A stretch of DNA of 50,471 nucleotides from Candidatus Magasanikiibacteriota bacterium (GTDB lineage Bacteria > Patescibacteriota > Patescibacteriia > Magasanikbacterales > GWA2-37-8), in NCBI GenBank assembly GCA_023246715.1, contig JAHFHZ010000004.1, positions 1 to 50,471 on the forward strand, written 5' to 3'. Below the pieces are notes generated by a model that saw only the letters and a program-made list of their open reading frames with translations, was not told the origin of the DNA and did no database searches. The translations under genes were made by a program, and so were the position numbers. Below, piece by piece: positions 19,910 through 31,217 of the stretch (position 1 is its first letter; each line of letters begins with the position of its first letter).

Positions 19910-20121
19910 TTGACAAAGGCCCGTTTTTATGCTACAACTAATTAGTTTTGCGAGTCTTTTTAGGAGCGCAAAACCACCGCTCTTTTTATTTGGCAAACAG
20001 AAAAACAAAGTGGGCTTTGTTCCCGAAACCATATTGAGAACAAGATTATTCAATATGGTATCGATCGGTTTGTAACCGTCGATACCTGTGGAGAAAATCG
20101 GTTTTTTAATGGTTTCGGGAA
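19910..20121 (+). ncRNA. Candidate small structured RNA with own promoter
   Basis: TTGACA-17-TACAAC (19910-19938); 13-bp stem 20020-20032/20109-20121 enclosing further hairpins; no ORF. Confidence 0.35.
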
Positions 20122-20191
20122 GTCTGGCTCTTGCAAAAGAGCGGAGCTATCCCTAGGTAGTGCAGTTGCTCCATGTCTCAAGGAGGCCCAG

Positions 20192-20728
20192 ATGAAGCGC
20201 TCCAGCGATCCCTCTGCCACCACCACCCCGGCTTCGCAGTACGACGACCGCGACCCGGCCTTTGACGATGGCGGGGTCTTCGGCCTCGGGCACCGCCCGC
20301 CGCGTTTGATGATCGGGGCGATCCTGCCCCACGAGTCCTCGCCGACCTGCCCGCGGGAGCCGCCCCGGCCCGCCCGCCCCCGGGCGACTCCGCCCGCGGC
20401 CCTGCCCCGCCCAGCCTTCTCTGGCCTTGCCGGGTTGCTCTTCAGCGGGCCCGCCGCTCCCGCCCGGCCTCGGCAGGATGCCCGCCCCCCGCTGTCGGCG
20501 CCCGCCCGCCCCACCGTCTTTCCGGGAGGAACCGCTCCCGGGCAGTCCCTGGCCGCCCCGGGCGACAACGAGCCCTCGACCGATCTGCCGCGTCTCCCGG
20601 CCCCGGTCCGGCAGCTCCCGCCCACCGAGTGGGCGTTGAGCTGGCCCGAGCGAGTGCTCATCCTGGCCGCGGTCGTGGTCGTGCTCGGCTTCGTCGGATC
20701 GATCATCTACGCGGCCTTCGTCCCCTAG
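20192..20728 (+). CDS. GC-rich cassette: Pro-rich protein with C-terminal TM anchor
   Basis: AAGGAGG SD; promoter TTGCAA-17-TAGGTA (20131-20159); C-terminal VLILAAVVVVLGFVGSIIYAAFV. Confidence 0.72.
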   Translation: MKRSSDPSATTTPASQYDDRDPAFDDGGVFGLGHRPPRLMIGAILPHESSPTCPREPPRPARPRATPPAALPRPAFSGLAGLLFSGPAAPARPRQDARPPLSAPARPTVFPGGTAPGQSLAAPGDNEPSTDLPRLPAPVRQLPPTEWALSWPERVLILAAVVVVLGFVGSIIYAAFVP

Positions 20729-20870
20729 GCCAACCGACCCCTCACCCCCCACATCTGTTTGCCCCCGGCCTGCTCCCCCGCAGGCCCTGTTCACCACTGG
20801 TGAGTTAGCCCTATCGGGCTAGTCGCCAGTCTGGCTGCTGAAGCGCACACTAAGCCTGTTTCAGCCGTAC

Positions 20871-20899
20871 TTGACAGAAAAACCAGAAACCAGTATTAT
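20871..20899 (+). promoter_or_regulatory. str operon promoter
   Basis: TTGACA-17-TATTAT. Confidence 0.7.
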
Positions 20900-20972
20900 C
20901 TGGCCCATAGAACGTACTCAAAAACATCGTGGCTGATGCACTCCTTACGTCAGTCTTTTTTTTATAAAAACT

Positions 20973-21401
20973 ATGCCCACAATCAACCAACTCGTGAAAA
21001 AGGGCCGCTTGAGCAAAAGCCAAAAGAGCAAAACTCCAGCGCTCCAGTTTACCGTAGATAACTTGCATCGCAAGACCACCCACTTCCGCAAGGGGACTTC
21101 GTTTAAGCGCGGGGTATGTACCAAGGTATATACCACCACGCCTAAAAAACCGAACTCCGCTTTGCGCAAAGTTGCCAAGGTTCGCCTGAGCAACGGTGTT
21201 GAAGTTATCGCCTATATCCCGGGCGAAGGTCACAACCTGCAAGAACACTCCATCGTGCTGATTCGCGGTGGCCGTGTGAAAGATTTGCCAGGCGTGCGCT
21301 ATCATATTGTGCGCGGGGTCTACGACACTCAGGGCGTGGCCAATCGCCGCCGCGGCCGCAGCTTGTATGGCAACAAACGGCCGAAAGCTGCCAAGAAATA
21401 A
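20973..21401 (+). CDS. rpsL: 30S ribosomal protein S12
   Basis: [29 protein letters not shown]. Confidence 0.99.
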   Translation: MPTINQLVKKGRLSKSQKSKTPALQFTVDNLHRKTTHFRKGTSFKRGVCTKVYTTTPKKPNSALRKVAKVRLSNGVEVIAYIPGEGHNLQEHSIVLIRGGRVKDLPGVRYHIVRGVYDTQGVANRRRGRSLYGNKRPKAAKK

Positions 21402-21518
21402 CAGTGGCCAGAAAGGCCGCTGTTATCCTGAACCCCGCCAGGCGGGGTGAAGGATCTCTTGGTTAAAACCACGATTCTTAATTCCTTTCCAAATACTTCA
21501 CTAATTCCTAAAAATTGT

Positions 21519-21995
21519 ATGCGCGGAAAACCAGCTGTACGGCGAGTAATTGTGCCCGACCCGAAATACGGTAACGCCCTGCTTGCCAAATTTATCAATC
21601 ACGTCATGGTCGGCGGCAAAAAAACCACGGCCGAAGCGATCGTCTATGGCGCGTTGAAAAAAATCGAAGAAAACACCAAAAAAGATCCAGTAAAAATCTT
21701 TGAAGAAGCCATCAAAACCATTCAACCGCAGCTGGAAGTTCGCTCCCGACGCGTGGGTGGTGCCAACTATCAGGTACCGCTTCCGGTGCGCGGCGAACGC
21801 CAGGTGACTTTGTCATTCCGCTGGATTATCGGCGCGGCCCGGGCCAAGAAAGGCAAGCCGATGGCCGAAAAATTAGCTACCGTCATTTTAGAAAGCCAAC
21901 AGGGTATCGGCGACGCCGTGAAAAAACGCGACGACGTACACCGTATGGCCGAGGCCAACAAAGCCTTCGCGCACTTCGCTCGCTTCGCCCACTAA
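21519..21995 (+). CDS. rpsG: 30S ribosomal protein S7
   Basis: PDPKY, SRRVGGANYQVP, HRMAEANKAFAH. Confidence 0.98.
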   Translation: MRGKPAVRRVIVPDPKYGNALLAKFINHVMVGGKKTTAEAIVYGALKKIEENTKKDPVKIFEEAIKTIQPQLEVRSRRVGGANYQVPLPVRGERQVTLSFRWIIGAARAKKGKPMAEKLATVILESQQGIGDAVKKRDDVHRMAEANKAFAHFARFAH

Positions 21996-22024
21996 AACCT
22001 TTTTAGCTTCTTCACATATCGTAT

Positions 22025-24100
22025 ATGCCACGCGAATATTCATTGGAAAAAACCCGCAATATCGGCATCATGGCCCATATTGACGCTGGTAAAACCACCA
22101 CCACCGAACGCGTACTGTTTTATACTGGTAAAAAACATAAGATCGGCGAAGTGCATGAAGGTGAAGCGACCATGGACTGGATGGAACAGGAAAAAGAACG
22201 CGGTATCACGATTACGAGTGCCGCGACCACTTGTTTTTGGAAAGGTTTTCGTATCAACATTATTGATACCCCCGGACACGTGGACTTTACCGTGGAAGTA
22301 GAACGCAGTCTGCGCGTGCTCGATGGTGCCGTGGCGGTCTTTGATAGCTCACAGGGTGTAGAACCGCAATCCGAAACTGTCTGGCATCAGGCCGACAAAT
22401 ACAACGTCCCGCGCGTAGCCTTTGTAAACAAAATGGACAAACTCGGGGCTGATTTTTACATGAGCCTCGCTTCGATTAAAGAACGCTTGTCGACCGAAGC
22501 TTTCCCTGTTCAACTGCCCATCGGTGCCGATAGCACCTTTTCGGGTATCGTGGATGTGATTCTGGAAAAAGCCTTTAATTTCGAAGGCGATAAAGGGCAG
22601 AACATTATTGAAATTCCCGTGCCCGAAGATATGAAAACGCTGCTCGCCGAGCACCGCGCCAAGCTGCTTGAAAAAGTGGCCGAAGCCAGTGATCAGTTGA
22701 TGGAAAAATATCTCAACGCGCAACCCATTTCGATTGACGAAATCAAAACCGCCATTCGTAGCCTGGTAATTCAGGGCAAAATGTATCCTGTTTTGTGCGG
22801 CTCGGCGCTTGCCAATATCGGTGTGCAATTGATGCTCGACGCGGTGGTGGATTACCTGCCGTCGCCAATCGACGTGCCCGAAATGAAAGGCATCAACCCC
22901 GATTCCGAAGAAGAAGAAATTCGCAAACCGAGCGACACCGAACATTTTTCGGCCTTGGCGTTCAAAATTGCCACCGACCCGTTCGTGGGTAAACTAATTT
23001 TTTTCCGCGTCTATTCCGGGTCTGTTTCGGCCGGCAGTTATTTATACAATTCCACTAAAGGCCAAAAAGAACGCATTGGCCGCATCGTGCGTATGCATGC
23101 CAACAGCCGCGAAGACGTTTCGGATGTCTACGCTGGTGAAATTGCCGCTGCCATCGGCTTGAAAGATGTTTCGACCGGTGACACGCTGTGCGACGAAGAT
23201 CATCCGATTGTGCTTGAAAAAATCGTCTTCCCCGAACCGGTTATTTCGGTGGCGATCGAACCAAAAACCAAAGCCGACCAGGAAAAAATCGGTATCGCCA
23301 TGCAGAAGTTGGCCGAAGAAGATCCCACCTTCCGCATTCATACCGACACCGAAACGCTGCAGACCATTATTTCGGGCATGGGCGAGTTACACTTGGATAT
23401 TATCGTTGACCGCATGAAGCGCGAGTTCAAGGTAGAAGCCAATGTCGGCGCCCCGCAGGTAGCGTATAAAGAAACTATTCGCAATTCCGCCGAAGCCGAA
23501 GGCAAGTACATCAAACAATCTGGCGGACGTGGCCAATATGGCCATTGCTGGTTGCGCGTGGAACCGATGGAAGTTGGCCAAGGGTTTGAATTCGTTGACG
23601 AGGTAAAAGGCGGCGTGGTGCCCCATGAATTTTTGCCGGCGATCGAAAAGGGTGTCAAGGAATCGGTCACGCGCGGTATCCAGGCCGGGTATCCGGTGGT
23701 GGATATTAAAGTAACCTGTTTCGATGGTTCGTACCACGAAGTAGACTCTTCGGAAATTGCCTTTAAAATGGCCGCTTCACACGCTTTTCGCGACGCGTGC
23801 CTTAAGGCCAAACCAGTTATTTTAGAACCGGTTATGAAGGTGGAAGTTGTCACCCCCGAAAATTATATGGGCGAAGTGATCGGCGATTTAAACTCCAAGC
23901 GCGGCCAGATTCTGGAAATGACCGATCGCGGCCAAATGAAAGTGGTGAAAGCCACCGTGCCGCTCGCTAGCATGTTTGGCTACGCCACCAGTCTGCGCAG
24001 TATGAGCCAGGGCCGGGCCAGCTATAGCATGGAATTTGAAAAATACGGCGAAACTCCTAACAACGTTGCTCAAAATATCATCTCAGGCAAACAGAAATAA
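22025..24100 (+). CDS. fusA: Elongation factor G
   Basis: [22 protein letters not shown]. Confidence 0.99.
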   Translation: MPREYSLEKTRNIGIMAHIDAGKTTTTERVLFYTGKKHKIGEVHEGEATMDWMEQEKERGITITSAATTCFWKGFRINIIDTPGHVDFTVEVERSLRVLDGAVAVFDSSQGVEPQSETVWHQADKYNVPRVAFVNKMDKLGADFYMSLASIKERLSTEAFPVQLPIGADSTFSGIVDVILEKAFNFEGDKGQNIIEIPVPEDMKTLLAEHRAKLLEKVAEASDQLMEKYLNAQPISIDEIKTAIRSLVIQGKMYPVLCGSALANIGVQLMLDAVVDYLPSPIDVPEMKGINPDSEEEEIRKPSDTEHFSALAFKIATDPFVGKLIFFRVYSGSVSAGSYLYNSTKGQKERIGRIVRMHANSREDVSDVYAGEIAAAIGLKDVSTGDTLCDEDHPIVLEKIVFPEPVISVAIEPKTKADQEKIGIAMQKLAEEDPTFRIHTDTETLQTIISGMGELHLDIIVDRMKREFKVEANVGAPQVAYKETIRNSAEAEGKYIKQSGGRGQYGHCWLRVEPMEVGQGFEFVDEVKGGVVPHEFLPAIEKGVKESVTRGIQAGYPVVDIKVTCFDGSYHEVDSSEIAFKMAASHAFRDACLKAKPVILEPVMKVEVVTPENYMGEVIGDLNSKRGQILEMTDRGQMKVVKATVPLASMFGYATSLRSMSQGRASYSMEFEKYGETPNNVAQNIISGKQK

Positions 24101-24114
24101 ACATTTTTCCCTAG

Positions 24115-24150
24115 ACTAAAAAATCCTCCACCCGGGGGATTTTTAGTTTT
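24115..24150 (+). terminator. Intrinsic terminator after fusA
   Basis: ACTAAAAATCC..GGATTTTTAGT plus T-run. Confidence 0.7.
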
Positions 24151-24213
24151 ATCATCTTGACAGGTGGTGCTGAGCGTGGTAGGAAATGTTCGCTTTTAAG
24201 GAAAGGAGCTACC

Positions 24214-24711
24214 ATGTCTTTACAAGCAAGGTCACGACTTGCGGCGCTAGTGTTTGTGGTGTCCTGTTCGGCTGTCTCACAACAGGTTGCTCCAGACAAC
24301 GCGCTCGATTCCGGCCAGCTAGGGAGCCCAACCTACCCCCACGGGCTCAATACCAGCAACTTCCAAAATCCTGGATCGGTTGATTGTGAGACGCTCGAAG
24401 GTGTTTCTGGTCGCTACTTCCGTCTGTTTGCGAACAGGTTGCCTGGCCAGCCCCGCCAGGTTTTGGTTCAGTGCAGGGACGGGGTGAAGCTCTTGGGATA
24501 CTGTGAAGGCTCCATGAATGTAGACACTTCCAATGTGGAAGTCGTCGAAAAGCACTACTTTGGCGGGTACAATGGCCGGCCAGCCGGTGCAGTTAAAACC
24601 CAGGATGCCAATGGCAACCAGGTGGTCAGTGCGCGAGGGGCTGACTATGTGGTAAGCCCAGGCAGCCCCGAGGTGGTACAGCTCAGCATGATCTGCACTA
24701 ATCGCAGCTGA
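24214..24711 (+). CDS. Cassette between fusA and tuf: secreted/lipoprotein
   Basis: Promoter TTGACA-17-TAGGAA (24157-24185); AAAGGAG SD; RLAALVFVVS|C; four further Cys. Confidence 0.72.
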   Translation: MSLQARSRLAALVFVVSCSAVSQQVAPDNALDSGQLGSPTYPHGLNTSNFQNPGSVDCETLEGVSGRYFRLFANRLPGQPRQVLVQCRDGVKLLGYCEGSMNVDTSNVEVVEKHYFGGYNGRPAGAVKTQDANGNQVVSARGADYVVSPGSPEVVQLSMICTNRS

Positions 24712-25218
24712 TCGAACACCGTCCATCTCTCCAGAGCGCACTCTCCCTCTCCTTGGGCGCCCGCGGCCCCCCTGCTGTTGGTGCCCACCCCCTCACTTAT
24801 ATCCGTTTGTAACGGATTACCCATTATAAAAAAACCAGCCTAATTTGGCATTCGCCAATTGGCGGAGGTGGAAGTCGAGATGTTTTGGCGCGGTATATCC
24901 TCTGATGCCGGACGCGCTCGCCCGATCGTAGCTCTCCTGGGCATCGAGGAATGGTCAGGGCTGACAGCTCATGGGCCTCAGGCCCCAAGCACAGCCACTA
25001 GTTCCCAGGGAACAGGCTGTCTTCCAAAACAAGCCCATTTTCATCGGCTGCCCCCCTCGGCAATTGAATTGCTGGTTAGATAGCATGGAGCCTGTTAAAG
25101 ATGCCGGCTGATTGTAGATGAAGGCTTTTGAATAAACTAAAATTTATTTTTGACAATTACATTGAACCTGTTACAATGAGCCTTCGTTAAGGTAGGGGAA
25201 TATCCTTATGTCTATAGT

Positions 25219-25653
25219 ATGAAATCTTCCCAACTGAACCGTGTGCTCGGACTGGTAAAAAAAACCGGCGATCGCCTGGTGGTAATGGACGCGCAAACCG
25301 ACGAAGTCGTGGTAATAATGCGCCTGGAAGAGTACGAAAATTTGCTCGGCCCCGCCGATTGGCAAGCCGAGCCAGCTGATCTGGCCAGCGCAGACGATTG
25401 GGATATCCCCGAATCGCCCGCAAATTTTGAGCTTGAAACAGCTTCAGCGCCTGCTCACCCCGTGGCGCCAACCGTAAACGCCGACGATGAATGGCAACTC
25501 GGCACCCCGGTACAACCAACATCCTACGCCCCGCTCCCGGTTGATAGCCTCCCAAAAGCTCCAATTATCGAGCAAAACAGCCCAGAACAAGGTGTTTCTG
25601 ATATTCCTCACGAAGAATCCGACCCGCCGTTTTACCTGGAGCCCGTAGAATAA
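25219..25653 (+). CDS. Hypothetical protein (short folded N-terminus, acidic/Pro-rich tail ending FYLEPVE)
   Basis: T-ATG start; promoter TTGACA-16-TACAAT (25150-25177). Confidence 0.75.
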   Translation: MKSSQLNRVLGLVKKTGDRLVVMDAQTDEVVVIMRLEEYENLLGPADWQAEPADLASADDWDIPESPANFELETASAPAHPVAPTVNADDEWQLGTPVQPTSYAPLPVDSLPKAPIIEQNSPEQGVSDIPHEESDPPFYLEPVE

Positions 25654-25821
25654 GCATCTTTCCACAGTCTACCCCTTGCCAAATTATTAGTTTCTGGTAT
25701 AATCACACCGCTATTAAAATATAGCTTTTCAGCTATCATTTTTTTCATCATTTAAGCGGCTGGACCACAAATCTGTACCCGACCACTCGGGCAGTGCCGC
25801 GTAAGGTTTTGTAACAAACGT

Positions 25822-27012
25822 ATGACGGATTTTATCCGCAGCAAACCGCACGTCAACGTCGGTACCATCGGCCACGTTGACCACGGTAAGACCACCACCA
25901 CGGCGGCCATTCTTAAGGTCCTCGCGACCCATGGCCAGACCGCTCAGAATAAAGGTGTCGATGATCTCGACAAGGCCCCCGAATCCAAGGCCCGCGGTAT
26001 CACCATCTCAACCGCGCACGTGGAATATGAAACCGACAAGCGCCACTACGCGCACGTGGACTGCCCGGGACACGCCGATTATGTCAAGAACATGATCACC
26101 GGTGCCGCCCAGATGGACGGAGCCATCTTGGTTGTTTCTGCCGCCGACGGCCCCATGCCGCAGACCCGCGAGCACATTTTGCTTGCTCATCAGGTCGGCG
26201 TAAAATACATCGTCGTCTATCTCAACAAGTGCGACATGGTGACCGACAAAGAATTGATTGATCTGGTTGAAGAAGAAGTACGCGATCTGTTGAAAAAATA
26301 TAAATTCCCTGGCGACCAGGTGCCGGTTATCCGCGGATCTTCGCTCAAAGCGTTGGAAAACCCCAGCGACGAAGCTGCGGCCAAACCGATCTTGGATTTG
26401 ATGAAGGCCGTTGACGAATATATCCCCGAACCGGAACGCGCCATCGATAAACCGTTCTTGATGCCTGTTGAAGACGTTTTCTCGATCGAAGGTCGTGGTA
26501 CCGTAGTTACTGGTCGTATCGAACGCGGCATCATCCACATTAACGATGAAATTTCCATCGTAGGTCTGCGCGAAGAAACCATGAAAACCGTGGTGACCGG
26601 CATTGAAATGTTCAACAAGAGCTTGAAAGAAGGCCAGGCTGGCGACAACGCTGGTATCCTTCTGCGCGGTACCAAAAAAGAAGAAGTAGAACGCGGCATG
26701 GTGCTGGCCAAAACTGGTTCGGTCACCCCGCACACCGAATACGAAGGTGAGATCTACGTGTTGAGCAAAGAAGAAGGTGGCCGTCACAAGCCGTTCTTCA
26801 ATGGCTACAAACCGCAATTCTATATCCGCACTACCGACGTAACTGGCGAAATCGAATTACCGGCCGGAACCGAAATGGTCATGCCTGGTGATACGGTGAG
26901 CGTGAAAGTGAAATTGATCGTACCGGTTGCCTTGGAAGAAAAAATGAACTTCGCCATCCGCGAAGGCGGTCGTACCGTCGGCGCCGGCGTCGTAACCAAA
27001 ATTATTAAGTAA
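25822..27012 (+). CDS. tuf: Elongation factor Tu
   Basis: [21 protein letters not shown]; own promoter TTGCCA-16-TATAAT (25676-25703). Confidence 0.99.
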   Translation: MTDFIRSKPHVNVGTIGHVDHGKTTTTAAILKVLATHGQTAQNKGVDDLDKAPESKARGITISTAHVEYETDKRHYAHVDCPGHADYVKNMITGAAQMDGAILVVSAADGPMPQTREHILLAHQVGVKYIVVYLNKCDMVTDKELIDLVEEEVRDLLKKYKFPGDQVPVIRGSSLKALENPSDEAAAKPILDLMKAVDEYIPEPERAIDKPFLMPVEDVFSIEGRGTVVTGRIERGIIHINDEISIVGLREETMKTVVTGIEMFNKSLKEGQAGDNAGILLRGTKKEEVERGMVLAKTGSVTPHTEYEGEIYVLSKEEGGRHKPFFNGYKPQFYIRTTDVTGEIELPAGTEMVMPGDTVSVKVKLIVPVALEEKMNFAIREGGRTVGAGVVTKIIK

Positions 27013-27081
27013 TGAGCAGTCGGGGGGTGCAAGTGCGCCCCCCGATTTTGTTCCTTTAAGAGTTCTTTAGCGTTAAACGAC

Positions 27082-27432
27082 ATGACTACCGATACCAAAA
27101 CCACCGCCCCCAAGAAGAAGGAAGAAAGCCTGAGTCGGATTCGCATCAAAATCCGCGCCTACGACAATCGGATTATCGATCAAGCAACCCGCACTATTGT
27201 GGAAACTGCCGAGCGCCATGAAGCGCGCGTAGTTGGCCCAGTGCCGTTGCCGACCGAGAAGGTGAAATTTACGGTGAATCGTTCTACGTTCGTGCACAAA
27301 GACGCTCGCGAACAATTCGAAATGCGCGTCCACAAACGTTTGATCGACATCGTGAATGCCAGCCCAAAATGCGTGGATGCGCTTATGGGTCTGAATCTGC
27401 CGTCCGGCGTGGACATTGAGATAAAAATGTAA
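27082..27432 (+). CDS. rpsJ: 30S ribosomal protein S10
   Basis: [32 protein letters not shown]. Confidence 0.98.
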   Translation: MTTDTKTTAPKKKEESLSRIRIKIRAYDNRIIDQATRTIVETAERHEARVVGPVPLPTEKVKFTVNRSTFVHKDAREQFEMRVHKRLIDIVNASPKCVDALMGLNLPSGVDIEIKM

Positions 27433-27456
27433 AAATAGTTGGCCAGAATACCCTTC

Positions 27457-27787
27457 TTGACACAATTTTTCAAAGAGCGTATACTGGTAAAAATTTTATA
27501 GCAACTGGTAATTGCCATCGAAAAAATAAGATCCGCAAAAGGGCGGAAAACATTTCGTAGAAGGCGATTCACCACGGAGGAACAATTCCCTTTGATAAAA
27601 GTTAGCCCTCAAGCATCTTTTAGGCTGTTCCGGATTGAAGGCTAGAAGCACCTGTCTTGGTTCACGGCAAATGTGCCACAAGATAGACGCTTCTAGTTTT
27701 TATTTAGCCGGGAGCTGGCGGAAGCGGGCTAAGCAAGCCAAAGGAATTGTCTACATTTTAGTACCATTCAGATTAGGTTAACCAGGT
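27457..27787 (+). promoter_or_regulatory. Promoter plus structured leader upstream of rplC
   Basis: TTGACA-17-TATACT (27457-27485); stems 27642-27649/27689-27696 and 27652-27659/27679-27686. Confidence 0.55.
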
Positions 27788-28510
27788 ATGAAATTCATTA
27801 TCGGCAAAAAAATGGGCATGACCCAAATTTTCCTTTCAGATGGAAATGTTGTTCCGGTTACCCGGGTGCAGGCTGGCCCGTGTCCAGTGGCGGCAGTGCA
27901 AAAATTATCCGGGCGTGATGCTTGGTCGGTGCAATTAGGATATGGCGAAACCAAAGAATGGCGTTTGAGCAAGTCCGTTGCCGGCCACCTGAAAGGGTTG
28001 GGAGCCGTGCGCGAACTCAAAACCGTAACGCTTGATGAAGCGCCAACCGTTCAACGCGGCGATGTTGTGAATGTAGAGACGTTTGTTCCGGGCGACAGTG
28101 TTTCGGTCATTGGTACCAGCAAGGGCCGAGGTTTTGCTGGCGTAGTTAAACGCCACCATTTCCGCGGTGGCCCGGCTTCGCACGGTCATAAAGACAACTT
28201 GCGCGCTCCGGGGTCTATCGGCGCCGGTGGTGTGCAACGCGTATTCAAAGGCATGCGCATGGCTGGCCGCATGGGTGGCGCCCGCGTGACGGTTAAAAAT
28301 TTAGAAATTGTTGCTGTTAATCCGGAAAGTGACGAGCTGTTAATCAAAGGAGCTATCCCCGGTAGCCGCAATGCTTTGGTGTTAATTAGCGCTCCGGGTG
28401 AATTAAAAGCTGCTCGCCCGAATGCTGCCGCGGAAGTAGCGCCAGTTGCCGAAGCTACCACTGAAAGCACCGCTCCAGCCCAGACAGATACTCCCGACGT
28501 TTCCGCCTAA
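27788..28510 (+). CDS. rplC: 50S ribosomal protein L3
   Basis: GKKMGMTQIF, SKGRGFAG, RAPGSIG. Confidence 0.98.
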   Translation: MKFIIGKKMGMTQIFLSDGNVVPVTRVQAGPCPVAAVQKLSGRDAWSVQLGYGETKEWRLSKSVAGHLKGLGAVRELKTVTLDEAPTVQRGDVVNVETFVPGDSVSVIGTSKGRGFAGVVKRHHFRGGPASHGHKDNLRAPGSIGAGGVQRVFKGMRMAGRMGGARVTVKNLEIVAVNPESDELLIKGAIPGSRNALVLISAPGELKAARPNAAAEVAPVAEATTESTAPAQTDTPDVSA

Positions 28511-28530
28511 ATAGACCTTTTACCGATTTT

Positions 28531-29169
28531 ATGCAAATCAGCGTCTACAATTTAATGGGAGAAGCGAAAGGCACTGCCGAATTGCCCGAAGAAATTTTTA
28601 ATGTTGTTATTAAGCCAGAAGTCGTTCACGAAGTTTTTACCGCGCAAGAGGCCAATGCCCGCCAAAGTTGGGCCGACACCAAAAAACGCGGTGAAGTGAG
28701 CGGTGGCGGCAAAAAACCCTGGCCGCAAAAAGGTACTGGGCGCGCTCGCCATGGTTCTATTCGTTCCCCAATCTGGAAAGGTGGCGGCGTGGCTTTTGGC
28801 CCGCTTTCGGAACGCAATTATTCTACCAAAATTAACCGCAAGAAAAAGCAGCTGGCTTTGAAAATGGTTTTGACCGATAAATTACAAAACAACCAATTAT
28901 GCGTCCTCGAAGATTTTGCCGCGTCCGAAGTTAAAACCAAAACTTTTGTAAAATTCTTGAAGATCGCGCCGTTAAAATCAACTTCGTGGTTGGTGCTTAC
29001 TCCCGGCAAAGACGCCAATGTCTTGCGTATGACCAACAATATTCCGAAGGTAAAAACTGAATTGGCTAAACAGGTGAATGTTTCGGCTTTATTGCAAAAA
29101 CAGGGTTTAATTCTAAGCAAAGCGGCCCTAGCTGAAATTGTGGCGCTCTGCATTAAGCCCGCTGTTTAA
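28531..29169 (+). CDS. rplD: 50S ribosomal protein L4
   Basis: [19 protein letters not shown]. Confidence 0.98.
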   Translation: MQISVYNLMGEAKGTAELPEEIFNVVIKPEVVHEVFTAQEANARQSWADTKKRGEVSGGGKKPWPQKGTGRARHGSIRSPIWKGGGVAFGPLSERNYSTKINRKKKQLALKMVLTDKLQNNQLCVLEDFAASEVKTKTFVKFLKIAPLKSTSWLVLTPGKDANVLRMTNNIPKVKTELAKQVNVSALLQKQGLILSKAALAEIVALCIKPAV

Positions 29170-29179
29170 TCTTACCGCT

Positions 29180-29632
29180 ATGGGATTGCTTGATCGATTT
29201 ACCAAAAAAACTAACCCAAAAGCGCCTGCTACCTGGGCTCGCAAAACTGCTGCTTCCGAACAGTCGGTTGAGGCTGCTCCGGCCAAAGCAGCGCACGATC
29301 ACGAACCAAAAATCAACGATTCTGAAATAAAAGTTCCGAGCAGCCACGGGGCTGGGTATACCACCCTGTTGCGACCGTTGGTTACCGAAAAGGCAGCTCG
29401 CGGCGAAGTGGTTGGTCACTATACCTTTATGGTCAAGCGTTCGGCCAGCAAAAATGAAATTAAACGCGCGATTCAAACGCTCTATGGCGTAAAGGCCCTC
29501 GCGGTGCGAACTCAGAATATGTCCGGTCGCCAGGTACGTTTTGGCCGCAGCCTTGGTCGCCGTAGCGATTATAAAAAAGCAGTGGTCGTTGTCCCGGAAG
29601 GCAAGACCCTTAAATTGCATGAAGGAGTTTAA
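29180..29632 (+). CDS. rplW: 50S ribosomal protein L23 with N-terminal extension
   Basis: [27 protein letters not shown]. Confidence 0.95.
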   Translation: MGLLDRFTKKTNPKAPATWARKTAASEQSVEAAPAKAAHDHEPKINDSEIKVPSSHGAGYTTLLRPLVTEKAARGEVVGHYTFMVKRSASKNEIKRAIQTLYGVKALAVRTQNMSGRQVRFGRSLGRRSDYKKAVVVVPEGKTLKLHEGV

Positions 29633-29640
29633 TCACCGTT

Positions 29641-30477
29641 ATGCCGATTAAAGTTTATAAACCAACTAACCCAGGACGCCGCAATTCAAGTGTGGACATG
29701 TTTAGTGATATTACTAAACATCGCCCGGAAAAAAGCCTGATTCAGATGTTGCCGAAGCATTCCGGCCGTAACAATCAGGGCCACATTACTGTCCGTCACC
29801 AGGGCGGCGGCGTGAAACGTTTTTATCGCTTGGTAGATTTTAAACGTCAGCGTTTTGGCCAAGAGGCCAAAGTTGAAGCTGTGGAGTACGACCCGAACCG
29901 TGGCGCTCGTATCGCGCTGATTACCTATACCGATAAGACTAAATCATACATTCTCTGCCCGGAAGGTTTGGCTGTTGGTTCAACGGTTGTATCGTCCGAC
30001 GCGGTCGCTGAAGCAAAAGTTGGTAACCGCATGCCCTTGGAACATATTCCCGCTGGTTTATTTATCCACAATATCGAATTGACCCTTGGTAAAGGCGGCC
30101 AATTGGTGCGCGGCGCTGGTTTATCGGCGCAGCTCATGGGTATTGATGGTAATTACGCCAACGTAAAATTGCCCTCGGGCGAAGTGCGTGCTATTGCCAA
30201 AGAATGCGCGGCGACGATTGGGTTGGTAAGCAACCCCGACTACCGCTTGATCCGTTGGGGTAAGGCTGGTCGTATGCGCAATCGCGGCATCCGCCCGACC
30301 GTTAAAGGTAAGAATATGAACCCGGTTGATCACCCGCACGGTGGTGGTGAAGGCCATAGCCCAATTGGTCAAAAGCGCGGCCCGCAGACTGTCTACGGCA
30401 AATCGGCGCGCGGGGTTAAAACCCGTCAACCCGGCAAGTGGAGTGATAAGTTTATTGTTAAATCGCGACGCGGCTAA
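29641..30477 (+). CDS. rplB: 50S ribosomal protein L2
   Basis: [25 protein letters not shown]. Confidence 0.99.
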   Translation: MPIKVYKPTNPGRRNSSVDMFSDITKHRPEKSLIQMLPKHSGRNNQGHITVRHQGGGVKRFYRLVDFKRQRFGQEAKVEAVEYDPNRGARIALITYTDKTKSYILCPEGLAVGSTVVSSDAVAEAKVGNRMPLEHIPAGLFIHNIELTLGKGGQLVRGAGLSAQLMGIDGNYANVKLPSGEVRAIAKECAATIGLVSNPDYRLIRWGKAGRMRNRGIRPTVKGKNMNPVDHPHGGGEGHSPIGQKRGPQTVYGKSARGVKTRQPGKWSDKFIVKSRRG

Positions 30478-30495
30478 TTTTAGGAAATACTTTGT

Positions 30496-30819
30496 ATGTC
30501 CAGAAGTTTAAAAAAAGGTCCATATATCGATCCGCGCGTGCTCAAAAAAGTGCAGGCGCTGAAGAAAAGCGGCAAGCATGATCCAATTAAAACCTGGTCT
30601 CGCGCTTGCGTTATTTCGCCCGAGATGGTCGGCGTAACCTTTTTGGTGCATAATGGAAAAAACTTTATTTCCGTGTTAGCCGATGAAAACATGGTCGGGC
30701 ATCGCCTGGGCGAAATGGCACCCACGCGCAAATTTATCCGCCATGGCGGCAAGATGGCCAAAGATCAAGAAGCCGCCGCCGCTCCCAAGCCCGCTGCCGC
30801 ACCGGCTGCTAAAAAATAA
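30496..30819 (+). CDS. rpsS: 30S ribosomal protein S19
   Basis: [23 protein letters not shown]. Confidence 0.98.
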   Translation: MSRSLKKGPYIDPRVLKKVQALKKSGKHDPIKTWSRACVISPEMVGVTFLVHNGKNFISVLADENMVGHRLGEMAPTRKFIRHGGKMAKDQEAAAAPKPAAAPAAKK

Positions 30820-30822
30820 TGT

Positions 30823-31206
30823 ATGTCCACTGTAACCGCACAATTGAATTATTTGCGCCAAAGCCCGCGTAAAATGCGCCTCGTGGCCAACGCCATTCGG
30901 GGCAAAAGCGTGGTAAAAGCTCAACAGATTTTGACTGTTCTAAGCAAGCGGGGCGCGTTGCCGTTGTTTAAATTGGTTCGTTCCGCAATCGCTAATGCCG
31001 AACATAATTTTTCGTTAGTCGAAAAAAATTTAGTGATTAAAAGTATTATGGTGGATGGCGGTCCGGTGTTAAAACGCTGGATGCCGAAAGCCCACGGCCG
31101 GGCAACCCCGGTGCGCCAACGCACCTGCCATGTCAAGCTTGTCTTGGGTGAAAAGGTCTTCAAGTCTTCTGCTAAAGAAGCGGCTGCGCCGGAAGCGGCC
31201 AAATAA
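30823..31206 (+). CDS. rplV: 50S ribosomal protein L22
   Basis: SPRKMRLVA..IRGK, SAIANAEHN. Confidence 0.98.
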   Translation: MSTVTAQLNYLRQSPRKMRLVANAIRGKSVVKAQQILTVLSKRGALPLFKLVRSAIANAEHNFSLVEKNLVIKSIMVDGGPVLKRWMPKAHGRATPVRQRTCHVKLVLGEKVFKSSAKEAAAPEAAK

Positions 31207-31217
31207 CCTGATTTTGT

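Noticed and set aside
24780-25130. Moderately GC-rich gap with a 74-aa ORF and a CCACCTCCGCCA (minus) tRNA-end-like string
   Set aside because: No SD or convincing start, and spacing does not fit a T-arm plus acceptor stem; possibly a decayed cassette but not supportable.
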